This document shows positions 41,248 through 50,470 of a DNA stretch of 64,000 nucleotides, in pieces; positions within the stretch are counted from its first letter, which is position 1, and each line of letters opens with the position of its first letter. Origin of the DNA: Cytophagales bacterium (GTDB lineage Bacteria > Bacteroidota > Bacteroidia > Cytophagales > UBA9547). A program made the translations under genes and the position numbers. Under the pieces are notes generated by a model, which did no database searches, was not told the origin of the DNA, and worked only from the letters and a program-made list of their open reading frames with translations. The stretch is taken from NCBI GenBank assembly GCA_013297755.1, contig JAAFIH010000001.1, forward strand, positions 140,303 to 204,302, read 5' to 3'.

Positions 41248-41582
41248 TACTGTGTCAGCTTTACTATTTTTAAATAATTCTTTACTATTTTTTTGAATTT
41301 GGCAATATTTTCTAAATCTGTATTGGTCAATCCCTCTGCCCTAAATGCAAAAGCCATATTGGCTGTTTTGTTATCAGATGCTTCTTCCAAAAGCTCAATT
41401 TCATCTACACCAAATAGGTCTGACATTTTTTTTAAAATAGCTACATTGGGCATTCGTATACCATTTTCATAATAACTTATCATTTCACGTTTTACCCCCA
41501 AAAATTGAGCCATATTTTCTTGATTCAATCCCAATCTCTCTCTTAATAATTTGATGTTGTTTCCTAATATTTGAGTTTCCAT
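41247..41582 (-). CDS. XRE-family helix-turn-helix transcriptional regulator
   Basis: LRERLGLNQENMAQFLGVKREMISYYENG is an HTH_3 motif. The start is set at METQILG (ATG at 41582), because the longer ORF runs through the operator and promoter palindromes. Confidence 0.85.
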   Translation of the reverse strand: METQILGNNIKLLRERLGLNQENMAQFLGVKREMISYYENGIRMPNVAILKKMSDLFGVDEIELLEEASDNKTANMAFAFRAEGLTNTDLENIAKFKKIVKNYLKIVKLTQ

Positions 41583-41608
41583 TTTATTTTGTTTATTTAA
41601 AGAAATAA

Positions 41609-41657
41609 TTGTTACAAAATTAATACAATATTTTAAAAAATTAAAATATTGTAACAA
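41609..41657 (-). promoter_or_regulatory. operator-like palindromes plus -7 box upstream of the XRE gene
   Basis: TTGTnACAA occurs at 41609-41617 and 41649-41657. The inverted repeat acaatatttta/taaaatattgt is at 41625-41635 and 41642-41652. A minus-strand TAATTTTG -7 box is at 41615-41622. Confidence 0.45.
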
Positions 41658-41861
41658 AAATATTTTTTAATAAATTTTATAATTTTCTAATTCAAGTTTT
41701 TAATTTTCATTCAATTTTCTTGATTTAACTTACCTTCTAAAAAATCATTTTCAAAAAGGGGCTATACTTTTAATTGTGTCATAGAAAATATTTTTTTCTT
41801 TCATGTCCAATTCTTTAAAAGTCAATCGTCATTGGGGTATAAATCTTAAATATATCTCAAA

Positions 41862-42410
41862 ATGACTAAAAAAGTAAAACTCAAATGGCTTATTATACCT
41901 GCAGTGGTATGGGCAAGTCAGGCTGCCTTTGGGCAAAAAAAAGTAATTTCAATTCAATCTTCCATTGAAATCAAGGCTCAACAAAATGAAATTTTTGTAC
42001 TGCTAAAAAACCTAGAAAGATACCCAGAATGGTCGCCTTTTTTGGTATCAGACCCTCAACAAAAACATACTGTAACGGGCATAAACGGAGAAATTGGCGC
42101 CACATTTTACTGGCTGGGTGTTTCAGAAAATAGTAAAGGTTATCAAACCTTGAGCCAAACAAACGTAAACGATTACATAAAATTTGATTGTACTATCGAA
42201 AAACCTTTCAAAGGAAATCCTGTGTTTGAATATAAGTTCATTCAAAAAAATAACGGTATTTTAGTAACTCAAGATTTTAATCTCAGGCTTTCAGGATTTT
42301 CTTATTTTATGACCAAACTTTTTGGTGTAAAAAAGAAAATGACTGCCATAAATCAACTAGGACTGGAAAGACTAAAAAAATTATCAGAAAAAGAAACTTC
42401 GCTTAATTAA
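41862..42410 (+). CDS. SRPBCC (START/polyketide-cyclase-like) family protein with signal peptide
   Basis: N-terminal signal, LERYPEWSPF motif, about 180 aa. Confidence 0.6.
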   Translation: MTKKVKLKWLIIPAVVWASQAAFGQKKVISIQSSIEIKAQQNEIFVLLKNLERYPEWSPFLVSDPQQKHTVTGINGEIGATFYWLGVSENSKGYQTLSQTNVNDYIKFDCTIEKPFKGNPVFEYKFIQKNNGILVTQDFNLRLSGFSYFMTKLFGVKKKMTAINQLGLERLKKLSEKETSLN

Positions 42411-42453
42411 ATCAAACAATTTTATTATTATTAACCTTTAAATTTACAAAACA

Positions 42454-42795
42454 ATGAATGAATTTATGATGATTTTCAGACACACGCCAAATCCAGATTT
42501 TAAAATGTCGCCAGAGCAAATGCAAACCAGCATCAAGCAATGGCAAGATTGGATTGGGGGCATTGCCGCTCAAGGTAAGTTTATTGCTACCAACCAATTG
42601 GGTTTTGAGGGTAAAACATTGAAATCCAATAAGGTAATCACAGATGGCCCTTATGCAGAATTGAAAGAAATCGTTGGTGGATATGTACTTTGCAAAGCAG
42701 CAAACATAGACGAAGCCATATCTATGGCAGAAGGATGTCCAATATTATACATTGGTGGACACGTAGAAGTAAGAAATATTATGAAAATAAACTAA
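42454..42795 (+). CDS. YciI family protein
   Basis: 113 aa. WIGGIAAQGKF...DGPYAELKEIVGGYVLCKAANIDEAISMAEGCP is typical of YciI/DGPF proteins found next to SigJ-type sigma factors. Confidence 0.7.
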   Translation: MNEFMMIFRHTPNPDFKMSPEQMQTSIKQWQDWIGGIAAQGKFIATNQLGFEGKTLKSNKVITDGPYAELKEIVGGYVLCKAANIDEAISMAEGCPILYIGGHVEVRNIMKIN

Positions 42796-42982
42796 GTACT
42801 TCAAAATTTTATCTTTAGGGAACTTCTAAAAACCTCATTTAAAATGTTTTCTTCTCTTTTGTAGGGGAGTATAGTAAGGTTTTTGAAAATATATTTGTGG
42901 TTTTTAAAAGTTCCCATAAGTTTTAAAAAAAGTTTGTAAAAAAAATTTAATCTATTTAATTCACATTTTAAACATTACCAAT

Positions 42983-43438
42983 ATGATATTACCAAACATT
43001 TTCAATCAAAACGTAGCCGATCAAGTTATCGGTCGAATAAACAACCTAAAACCCACTACGCAACCGCAATGGGGAAAAATGAATGCTACACAAGTGTTGG
43101 CTCACTGCAACGTAACCTACGAAATGGCGTTTGAAAACAAACATAAACCCAATTTTGTAATGGCAATTATGCTAAAAGCGTTTGTAAAAAAAGTTGTTGT
43201 TACAGAAGTTCCTTATAAAAAAAGTTCTCAAACGGCTCCTGCTTTTATCATCAAAGACGATAGAAATTTTGAAAAAGAGAAAAACAGACTCATTGGCTAT
43301 ATCAATAAAGGTGTAGAGATGGGAGAAAATAGTTTTGAGGGCAAAGTATCACATTCGTTTGGCGTACTTTCAAAAACAGAATGGAACAATATGTTTTACA
43401 AACACATCGACCACCATTTGGTGCAATTTGGGGTATAA
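42983..43438 (+). CDS. DUF1569/DinB-like protein
   Basis: About 150 aa. QPQWGKMNATQVLAHC and a C-terminal HHLVQFG resemble DUF1569. Confidence 0.5.
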   Translation: MILPNIFNQNVADQVIGRINNLKPTTQPQWGKMNATQVLAHCNVTYEMAFENKHKPNFVMAIMLKAFVKKVVVTEVPYKKSSQTAPAFIIKDDRNFEKEKNRLIGYINKGVEMGENSFEGKVSHSFGVLSKTEWNNMFYKHIDHHLVQFGV

Positions 43439-43537
43439 AATTTTAGGTGTTGTGTAATATTCAACACAACACCTAAAACAATAAACTCAATTAAAATTAA
43501 AAAATATTCATTATATTTGATTATCAATTTGCTAATT

Positions 43538-43768
43538 ATGAGAACACTCAATGTATCCATTTCTGATATAGAATACAATAAGTTTGGAATCAAACAAGAC
43601 AAACTTAATTTTACTGACTTTATTGAACTTGTGCGTAATGAACTCATGCGACAAAACTTAAACAAATGCGTTGAACTTGCACATAAATATGGGCTTTCTA
43701 AAATGACTTTAGAAGAGATTAATGATGAAGTAAAATCGGTAAGAAAAAATGCAAAAAATAATCATTGA
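43538..43768 (+). CDS. putative antitoxin of the PIN toxin
   Basis: 76 aa. It overlaps the PIN gene start by 20 nt. The ATG at 43538 is preferred over the upstream TTG. Confidence 0.5.
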   Translation: MRTLNVSISDIEYNKFGIKQDKLNFTDFIELVRNELMRQNLNKCVELAHKYGLSKMTLEEINDEVKSVRKNAKNNH

Positions 43769-44141
43769 CACCAATGTTATTGTTTCAAGTCTTATTCAAC
43801 GAAACTATCCCTTTTTTATCATTAATGAGCTTTTTATTGGTGATAAAATTCAGCTTTGTGTTTCTGATGAACTCTTGACGGAATATTATGAAGTTTTAAA
43901 AAGACCTAAGTTTTCAAAATTTCAAGACTTTTTTGTAAAAGCCGAATCATTTCTTGTCGACATCGAAACGAAAGCAACAAAATTTTATCCCACTATTATT
44001 CTTAATCTTATTTCTGACGATGATGATAATATGATTTTAGAATTAGCAGACGAGTGTAAAGCAGACTTTGTGATTACTGGCAATACATCAGACTTTACTT
44101 TTTCGTCATACAAACAAACAAAAATCTTAACGCCAAGATAA
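43749..44141 (+). CDS. PIN-domain toxin (type II TA system)
   Basis: IIIDTNVIVSSL N-terminal acidic motif, DDDNMILELA, and C-terminal VITGNTSDF. Confidence 0.8.
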   Translation: MQKIIIDTNVIVSSLIQRNYPFFIINELFIGDKIQLCVSDELLTEYYEVLKRPKFSKFQDFFVKAESFLVDIETKATKFYPTIILNLISDDDDNMILELADECKADFVITGNTSDFTFSSYKQTKILTPR

Positions 44142-44273
44142 TATTGGGATAATTATAAACCACAATAAAGTACCAAAAAAACAATCAATTGCTTAAAAAC
44201 ATAGTTATTCTTAAATAAAAAATTTAAAATTTGGTAATAATTTATAAATATTTTTTATCTATAAATTTAGGTA

Positions 44274-45500
44274 ATGCTACAAAACGAACTCATCCCAAAA
44301 TTATTTAAAACAGAGTATAGCAAAATTGTAGCTGTACTCTGTAAATTATTTGGGCTTGATCATATCGAAACGGCCGAAGACATAACCAACGATACTTTTT
44401 TGTTGGCTGCCGAAACTTGGGGACTAAAAGGTATTCCCGAAAACCCAACAGCTTGGCTCTATTTTGTGGCAAAAAACAAAACTAAAGACTATTTGAAAAG
44501 AAATCAACTTTTTGCCGAAAAAGTAAGTTTACAAATAAAATCGCAACTATCAAACGAAGAAATCGACTTAGACTTATCTGCTCAAAACATAAATGATAGT
44601 CAATTACAAATGATTTTTGCAGTATGCAATCCTATTGTACCCGTAGAATCGCAGGTGGGTTTGGCTTTAAAAATACTGTGTGGATTTGGAATAGACGAAA
44701 TAGCAGCTGCTTTTCTGACCAATAAAGAAACCATCAACAAAAGACTTTACAGAGCAAAAGAAAAATTAAGAACTCAAAATATTCAATTCGAGATACCCTC
44801 GCAAACCGAGATAAAAGCAAGACTTGAACCTGTTTTATTAACCATTTATTTGTTATTCAACGAAGGATATTATTCTAATTCTCAAAACAAAATTTTGCAA
44901 AAAGAGCTTTGCGTAGAAGCCATGCGTTTGTGTTATTTTTTGGTTGATAACAATTTGACAAACAAACCCGAAACATTTGCTTTGCTATCGTTGATGTGTT
45001 TTCATGCCTCTCGATTTGAGGCTAGAAAAAACGAATCAGACGAAATTATTTTGTATGACGACCAAAACAGAGATTTATGGAACGAAGATTTAATAGCCAA
45101 AGGAAACCAATATTTGATAGAAAGTGCCAAAGGACAAGAAATTTCTAAATATCACTTAGAAGCCAGGATAGCCTACTGGCATTGTACAAAAACGGGAAAT
45201 GAAAACAAATGGGAGCATATTTTACAACTCTACAACCAATTGCTTCAAATAGACTACTCCCCTATTGCAGCCCTAAACAGAACTTACGCTTTGGCAAAAG
45301 TAAAAGGAAATGAAACTGCCATACCCGAAGCTCAAAAACTACATCTAGAAAATAATCATTTTTATTATACTTTACTTGGATATCTTTACACCCAAATAGA
45401 CAATAAATTAGCAAAAGAAAACTATCAAAAAGCCCTAAAATTAACCAGATCTGCACAAGACAAGTTGATTTTATCAAAAAAAATTGAGCTATTGAAATGA
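44274..45500 (+). CDS. ECF-type RNA polymerase sigma factor with long C-terminal extension (SigJ/DUF6596-like)
   Basis: Sigma-2 region (TNDTFLLAAETW...WLYFVAKNKTKDYLKR), sigma-4 HTH (EIAAAFLTNKETINKRLYRAKEKL), then about 230 aa of helical/TPR-like extension. Confidence 0.75.
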   Translation: MLQNELIPKLFKTEYSKIVAVLCKLFGLDHIETAEDITNDTFLLAAETWGLKGIPENPTAWLYFVAKNKTKDYLKRNQLFAEKVSLQIKSQLSNEEIDLDLSAQNINDSQLQMIFAVCNPIVPVESQVGLALKILCGFGIDEIAAAFLTNKETINKRLYRAKEKLRTQNIQFEIPSQTEIKARLEPVLLTIYLLFNEGYYSNSQNKILQKELCVEAMRLCYFLVDNNLTNKPETFALLSLMCFHASRFEARKNESDEIILYDDQNRDLWNEDLIAKGNQYLIESAKGQEISKYHLEARIAYWHCTKTGNENKWEHILQLYNQLLQIDYSPIAALNRTYALAKVKGNETAIPEAQKLHLENNHFYYTLLGYLYTQIDNKLAKENYQKALKLTRSAQDKLILSKKIELLK

Positions 45501-45583
45501 ACAAAGAAATCATACAAAAATATATTCAAAATAAAATATTATTATTAAAAGATAATTTTTCATAATATTTGCAAAAAAATACA

Positions 45584-46459
45584 ATGAAAGGAATCATTTT
45601 AGCAGGAGGCTCTGGTACTCGTTTACATCCTCTAACACTTGCTGTAAGTAAACAACTCATGCCTGTTTATGATAAACCCATGGTTTATTACCCACTATCT
45701 ATATTGATGATGGCAGGAATCAAAGAAATTTTAATTATTTCGACCCCTCACGATTTGCCTCATTTCAAAAAATTACTTGGTGATGGACAATCACTGGGAT
45801 GTCAGTTTTCGTATGCCGAACAACCTTTGCCCAATGGACTTGCACAAGCTTTTGTCATTGGCGAAAGTTTTATTGGTAAAGACTCTGTAGCTCTAGTACT
45901 TGGTGATAACATTTTTTATGGTTCAGGTTTGATTCAACTATTACAAGAAAACAATAAACCAGAAGGTGGAGTAGTATATGCCTATCATGTAAACGACCCA
46001 GAAAGATATGGTGTAGTAGAATTTGACAAATCAAATAAAGTTTTGTCTATCGAAGAAAAACCAACCCATCCTAAATCAAACTATGCTGTGCCAGGCCTTT
46101 ATTTTTACGACAATGAAGTAATAAAAATAGCAAAAGAACTAAAACCAAGCCCACGTGGTGAGTATGAAATAACGGATGTAAATAAAAAATATTTAGAAAA
46201 AGGCAAACTCAAAGTTGGGGTACTAAGCCGAGGTGTGGCTTGGCTCGATACTGGTACTTTTACATCGCTCATGCAAGCAGGCCAATTTGTGCAAGTAATT
46301 GAAGAACGACAAGGACAAAAAGTAGGTTGTATCGAAGAAATTGCCTATCGAATGGGGTTTATTGATGCTCATCAATTGACCAAAATTGCTCAACCTTTGA
46401 TAAAAAGTGGATATGGCCAGTATTTATTAGATTTATTAAAACAAGAAAATGGCGGATAA
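45584..46459 (+). CDS. rfbA: glucose-1-phosphate thymidylyltransferase
   Basis: [36 protein letters not shown] and LGDNIFYG. Start set at the ATG at 45584. Confidence 0.9.
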   Translation: MKGIILAGGSGTRLHPLTLAVSKQLMPVYDKPMVYYPLSILMMAGIKEILIISTPHDLPHFKKLLGDGQSLGCQFSYAEQPLPNGLAQAFVIGESFIGKDSVALVLGDNIFYGSGLIQLLQENNKPEGGVVYAYHVNDPERYGVVEFDKSNKVLSIEEKPTHPKSNYAVPGLYFYDNEVIKIAKELKPSPRGEYEITDVNKKYLEKGKLKVGVLSRGVAWLDTGTFTSLMQAGQFVQVIEERQGQKVGCIEEIAYRMGFIDAHQLTKIAQPLIKSGYGQYLLDLLKQENGG

Positions 46460-46622
46460 TAAAACGCTCATTCATCGTATTTGGACTATCGTTTATGCTT
46501 TTTTTTATCCTGTTTTGATGTTATTTAGTGCTACATTTTTGCTACTAACACAAATGTTAAGCTATCCATCACACTGGATAAGAAAAATTCTAAATAAAAT
46601 AAATTTGCCAGATCAAAAATAA
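46449..46622 (+). CDS. possible 57-aa single-TM peptide
   Basis: The ATG overlaps the rfbA stop region by 11 nt. [35 protein letters not shown].... Below the ORF-track cutoff. Confidence 0.25.
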   Translation: MADNKTLIHRIWTIVYAFFYPVLMLFSATFLLLTQMLSYPSHWIRKILNKINLPDQK

Positions 46623-46715
46623 AAATGAGGGCTAGATAATAGTGTAAAATATTCCAAAACTTTTAACATCAAAAGTAACTTCTAATTAAATACATCTAAA
46701 AAATTAAGTAAAAAA

Positions 46716-47300
46716 TTGAAATTAAGAGTTGATATTAAAACTCCTACACCCGTAGGATGGATACAAAAAGTATTGCAAGATTTTCCTTCGTTTTTGCAAG
46801 ATCATGCCAATTGCGAACGAAAAGCATCTGCTGTAGCTACCAGTTTTGTAGCCAAATACCCCGATCGAAACGAAATAATGCCGCTTTTAATCGAAACAGC
46901 AATCGAAGAGTTAGAGCATTTCAGAGAAGTGTATAATATCATGCAACTCAAAGGTGTAGCCTTAAAACATGAAATAGAAGAAGACATTTATGTTAAAGAA
47001 TTGATTGCACTTTGCCGCAATGGACGAGAGGAGAGATTTATGGATCGATTAATTTTAGCTTCATTATTGGAGTGCAGAGGTGCTGAGCGATTCAAAATTA
47101 TTTATGAAAATATTACCGATAATGAATTAAAAACATTTTATCATCGACTTTGGGCTTGCGAAGCCAAGCACGCTGAAATTTATGTAGTGATGGCTTTGAA
47201 ATATTTTGACGAAGATACCGTTTACAAAAGACTACACGAACTTACCGAAATTGAAGGAAAAATAATGTTAAAACAACCTTTTACTGCCAAAATGCACTAA
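46716..47300 (+). CDS. miaE: tRNA-(ms2io6A37)-hydroxylase, ferritin-like di-iron
   Basis: LQDHANCERKASAVA, EELEHF, ECRGAERF and CEAKHAE form the paired E/ExxH di-iron ligands of MiaE. TTG start. Confidence 0.7.
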   Translation: MKLRVDIKTPTPVGWIQKVLQDFPSFLQDHANCERKASAVATSFVAKYPDRNEIMPLLIETAIEELEHFREVYNIMQLKGVALKHEIEEDIYVKELIALCRNGREERFMDRLILASLLECRGAERFKIIYENITDNELKTFYHRLWACEAKHAEIYVVMALKYFDEDTVYKRLHELTEIEGKIMLKQPFTAKMH

Positions 47301-47346
47301 AAAATTTGAAGCTAGTTGTTTCTAACTTTTACTAACAATAAAAAAT

Positions 47347-47378
47347 TGGGTCTTTATTTGCCAACAAAAAAAGACCCA
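47347..47378. terminator. bidirectional terminator between miaE and ndk
   Basis: tgggtcttt...aaagaccca forms a 9-bp stem, with an A run upstream and a T8 run downstream. Confidence 0.6.
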
Positions 47379-47416
47379 TTTTTTTTAATCGTTTATTACT
47401 TGATATAAAATATAAT

Positions 47417-47836
47417 TTAAAAAATTTCGGTTTTTGAAAAAAAGAAAGAAGCCTCTAATAGTGCATTTTCATCTGAATCAGAACCATGAATAGCATTTGA
47501 CTCTAAAGAACGAGCAAATAACTTGCGAATTGTACCTGCATCAGCATTGGCTGGATTAGTTGCACCAATTAATTTTCTAAAATCTGCCACAGCATTTTCT
47601 TTTTCAAGAACCATAGCTACAATATGGCTTTTGCACATCACTTTTTTTAAATCGTTATAAAAAGGTCTTTCTTTGTGAACTTCATAAAACTGCCCAGCTC
47701 GTTCATCAGTTAAATTAGTCATTTTCAGAGCTTTAATTTTAAAACCAGCCTCTTCAATCATTTTCAAAATTGCACCATTGTGCTTATCAGCCACTGCATC
47801 GGGCTTAATCATACTAAATGTGATATTTCCTGCCAT
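47417..47836 (-). CDS. ndk: nucleoside-diphosphate kinase
   Basis: TFSMIKPDAV, and the NAIHGSDS active-site His. Start set at MAGNITF (ATG at 47836). Confidence 0.9.
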   Translation of the reverse strand: MAGNITFSMIKPDAVADKHNGAILKMIEEAGFKIKALKMTNLTDERAGQFYEVHKERPFYNDLKKVMCKSHIVAMVLEKENAVADFRKLIGATNPANADAGTIRKLFARSLESNAIHGSDSDENALLEASFFFSKTEIF

Positions 47837-48200
47837 ATATTTTTTTTTCAAAATTAGTTTCAATATTTGATTTTGCAATACAAATCCTTAAAATAATGTT
47901 TAAAATTCAATATAGATAAAGTATTTTAGAATAGGCCCTATAGTTATTTTTAGAACAAAAAAGTTGAATTTAAGTGTTAATTTTCCAGTATAAAAAGCCC
48001 TACTCTTTTGCTGAGGGGTTGTGGTTAGACTTTAATGATTAAAATAACTTTCTCAAGTTTCCTAAAGTATTAAATTTTATATTTTTCAATAAATAACTCA
48101 AACTCTATTGAATTTGCTTTTAAAACTAGGAATGTTAAAATTTAAGACTGATAAAAAAATAGATTAAAATGATGTATTTAAAAAAATAAATCAATTTTTA

Positions 48201-49079
48201 TTACTTATCTATATTCAACAAAGGTTGCATTTTGCCATCTGTTATGATAATTTTAGAGTTTTGGGATTTGGCCAAATTATCCAGTGCTTGTATTGATTTA
48301 TATTTTAATACAGCTGGATTCAAGGTTTTATTTATCAGCTCGTTTGATTTCATTACAGCATCAGCTTCTGTTTTTAGTGCATTTGCTTTGCCTTCGGCTT
48401 CTAGTTCTAGAGTACGCTTAAAACCCTCGGCTGCAATAATTTTTGATTGTTTGTCGCCCTCAGCCTGAATTTGCTTGATTTCTACCGATTTTCGTTCTCT
48501 GTCTTTAATAAATTCCATCCTCAGAGCATCTTGTTCGGCTTGCAATTTCTCTTCTATGGCTTTGGCCAAACCATCAGGCATCACAATAGATTTCATCATT
48601 ACACGCTCTATGATAAATCCACGTGGCTCCAAAATTTCTTCCATTTGCGATTTAATTTGCACTTCAATTTCGGCTCTTTTAGAACTGTGCATATCTTTTG
48701 CATCAAATCGTGAACATATATCAGCGGCAGCCGACCTAAAAACTGGACTTATCAATTCGTTTTCAAATCCAAACCCTATCTGAGATAGTATTTTGGGCAA
48801 CTCTTCCGTTTTTATTTTGTACAAAATAGAAATTTCTGCATTGATATTCAACCCTTCTTTGGAGGGCAAAATCATATTTATTTGCAAATTAACTGTCCTT
48901 ACAGGAGCAGTAATAATAGTGGCAACAAAGGGATTGAAAAACCTTGGTCCAGGCCCATAAACAATAGGTTTTATTTTACCCATAGTTCGCTTTACGGCTA
49001 CCTCATCTTGATTTACAATTTTACAAGAACTCAAAAAAAACATTGAAATAGCAGAAATAAGTAACTTATTTTTCGACAT
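48201..49079 (-). CDS. SPFH/Band-7 (prohibitin/HflC-like) lipoprotein
   Basis: Lipobox FLSSC, SPFH core, and a coiled-coil A/E/K-rich C-terminal half. Confidence 0.8.
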   Translation of the reverse strand: MSKNKLLISAISMFFLSSCKIVNQDEVAVKRTMGKIKPIVYGPGPRFFNPFVATIITAPVRTVNLQINMILPSKEGLNINAEISILYKIKTEELPKILSQIGFGFENELISPVFRSAAADICSRFDAKDMHSSKRAEIEVQIKSQMEEILEPRGFIIERVMMKSIVMPDGLAKAIEEKLQAEQDALRMEFIKDRERKSVEIKQIQAEGDKQSKIIAAEGFKRTLELEAEGKANALKTEADAVMKSNELINKTLNPAVLKYKSIQALDNLAKSQNSKIIITDGKMQPLLNIDK

Positions 49080-49245
49080 GAGTGTAAATTTTAATAGTAA
49101 ATTAAATATTTATACTTGTTTTAACTAAAATTGGTTGCATTTAACGAAAACGCTTATCGAAAAAGAGTAAATCTTAGCATTAAAGCCCAAATAAGTACAA
49201 AAGCCCCATTTATATTCCAAAGTTCAATGTAGCACTTTTGCCCCA

Positions 49246-49477
49246 TTTTTGCCAAACCAACGTTTAACTGATACCCTATCAGTTAAACAATCAGCCAACA
49301 ATTTTACTATATTTGCCAATCATTTAAAAACAAATATATGATTAATTTTCAAAAAAAACAATGTAGGTAAAATGGGTCTCAATCAACATTAGCAAACAAA
49401 AAAAAGTCCACATCTAAGTTGTAGGTCAGGGCTTTTTTTAAGGGCTTTTTTTTCGCTAGATGGCTGGATGTTGTGTA
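49246..49477 (+). repeat. ~230-bp non-coding repeat element, copy 1 (full)
   Basis: It aligns with 53281-53508 and 54348-54430. It contains a perfect 12-bp inverted repeat gtttaactgata-ccc-tatcagttaaac (49262-49288), ctatatttgcc (a TAnnTTTG box), ttgtaggtc and two gggcttttttt motifs. Confidence 0.8.
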
Positions 49478-49514
49478 CCGTTTTTTTGTACATTGCTACA
49501 TCTTTATTAATTTA

Positions 49515-49955
49515 CTAATACGTAACTATTTGCTTGAGATGATGCTCCAAATGTTCGACATAATCGTTAATCAAGTATTCAAGTGTTAAATAGTTTTCGC
49601 CAACCAAACACTCTAATTGTAAATTTTCATTTGGTATTTTTTTAAATAGCTCAATCAATTGCTTGTTATAAATTGTCCAGAAACCAATAATTTGATTGCT
49701 GTCGATTTGTTGATAAAAATTATATTTGGTCCAATCGTTTTGGGAATAAGATATTTTGGGTCTGTTCTCAAATTGTGTTCTTATAAAACGCTGATGATTA
49801 TTTGTTGCACTGTCTATTAGGTGTCCTATAATTTCCTTTTTACTCCATTTTTCTGAGCTTGTTTTTTCATTCAATGCACTTTTTTCAATACTTCTTAATA
49901 AATCTGGAATGATTTTGCATAAGAAATCTAGTCTGTTAATTGCTTTTTCAATCAT
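49515..49955 (-). CDS. DinB family protein
   Basis: 146 aa four-helix pattern with His triad context (IGHLIDSATNNHQRF...YVEHLEHHLKQI). Confidence 0.7.
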   Translation of the reverse strand: MIEKAINRLDFLCKIIPDLLRSIEKSALNEKTSSEKWSKKEIIGHLIDSATNNHQRFIRTQFENRPKISYSQNDWTKYNFYQQIDSNQIIGFWTIYNKQLIELFKKIPNENLQLECLVGENYLTLEYLINDYVEHLEHHLKQIVTY

Positions 49956-49986
49956 AGTTAATAAATATTATTTCTATTATTTTCAC

Positions 49987-50418
49987 CTAAATTTGTTTCC
50001 AAAAATGGAATCCTAAAATAGAAAATCCTGTATTGAAATAAAACTTATGAGATTTTGCGTTTTGAATATATGTGTTTAGTTCCAAAGTTTTACAATTATT
50101 ATTTTTTGCCCACATTTCTATATAGTTCATGAAAATCGTCCCTAATCCTTTAGATTGTAAAGTTTTATCAATAATTACATTATCTATTTCAAGTTGTTTA
50201 CCTGAATATAAACGAACTGTTATCCACCCACTTGAAATTCCAATCAGATTTTCATTATAAAAAAGTCCAAAACACTTGTAAGAGGAATATGTAAACATTT
50301 CTTTTAAAAAATCTTGTACCTGATAAACAGTCAGTTGAGAATTCAGTTGTTGTCCAAGTATAGAGATTTCTCTAATATCATTTACTGATAAAATCTTAAA
50401 ATTTATTTCCTCTTTCAT
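49987..50418 (-). CDS. GNAT family N-acetyltransferase (A)
   Basis: LQSKGLGTIFMNYIEMWAKNN acetyl-CoA motif. Start set at MKEEINF (ATG at 50418), because the longer ORF reads into a repeat. Confidence 0.7.
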   Translation of the reverse strand: MKEEINFKILSVNDIREISILGQQLNSQLTVYQVQDFLKEMFTYSSYKCFGLFYNENLIGISSGWITVRLYSGKQLEIDNVIIDKTLQSKGLGTIFMNYIEMWAKNNNCKTLELNTYIQNAKSHKFYFNTGFSILGFHFWKQI

Positions 50419-50470
50419 TAATGTTTTTTTGTCTGATTGGTTCGCTAAAATAGAACATAACTGTCTGGAT

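Noticed and set aside
41583-41657. 25-codon N-terminal extension of the XRE ORF (MLQYFNFLKYCINF...)
   Set aside because: It runs through the palindromes and the -7 box and is aromatic-rich junk. METQILG at 41582 gives a normal HTH_3 protein.
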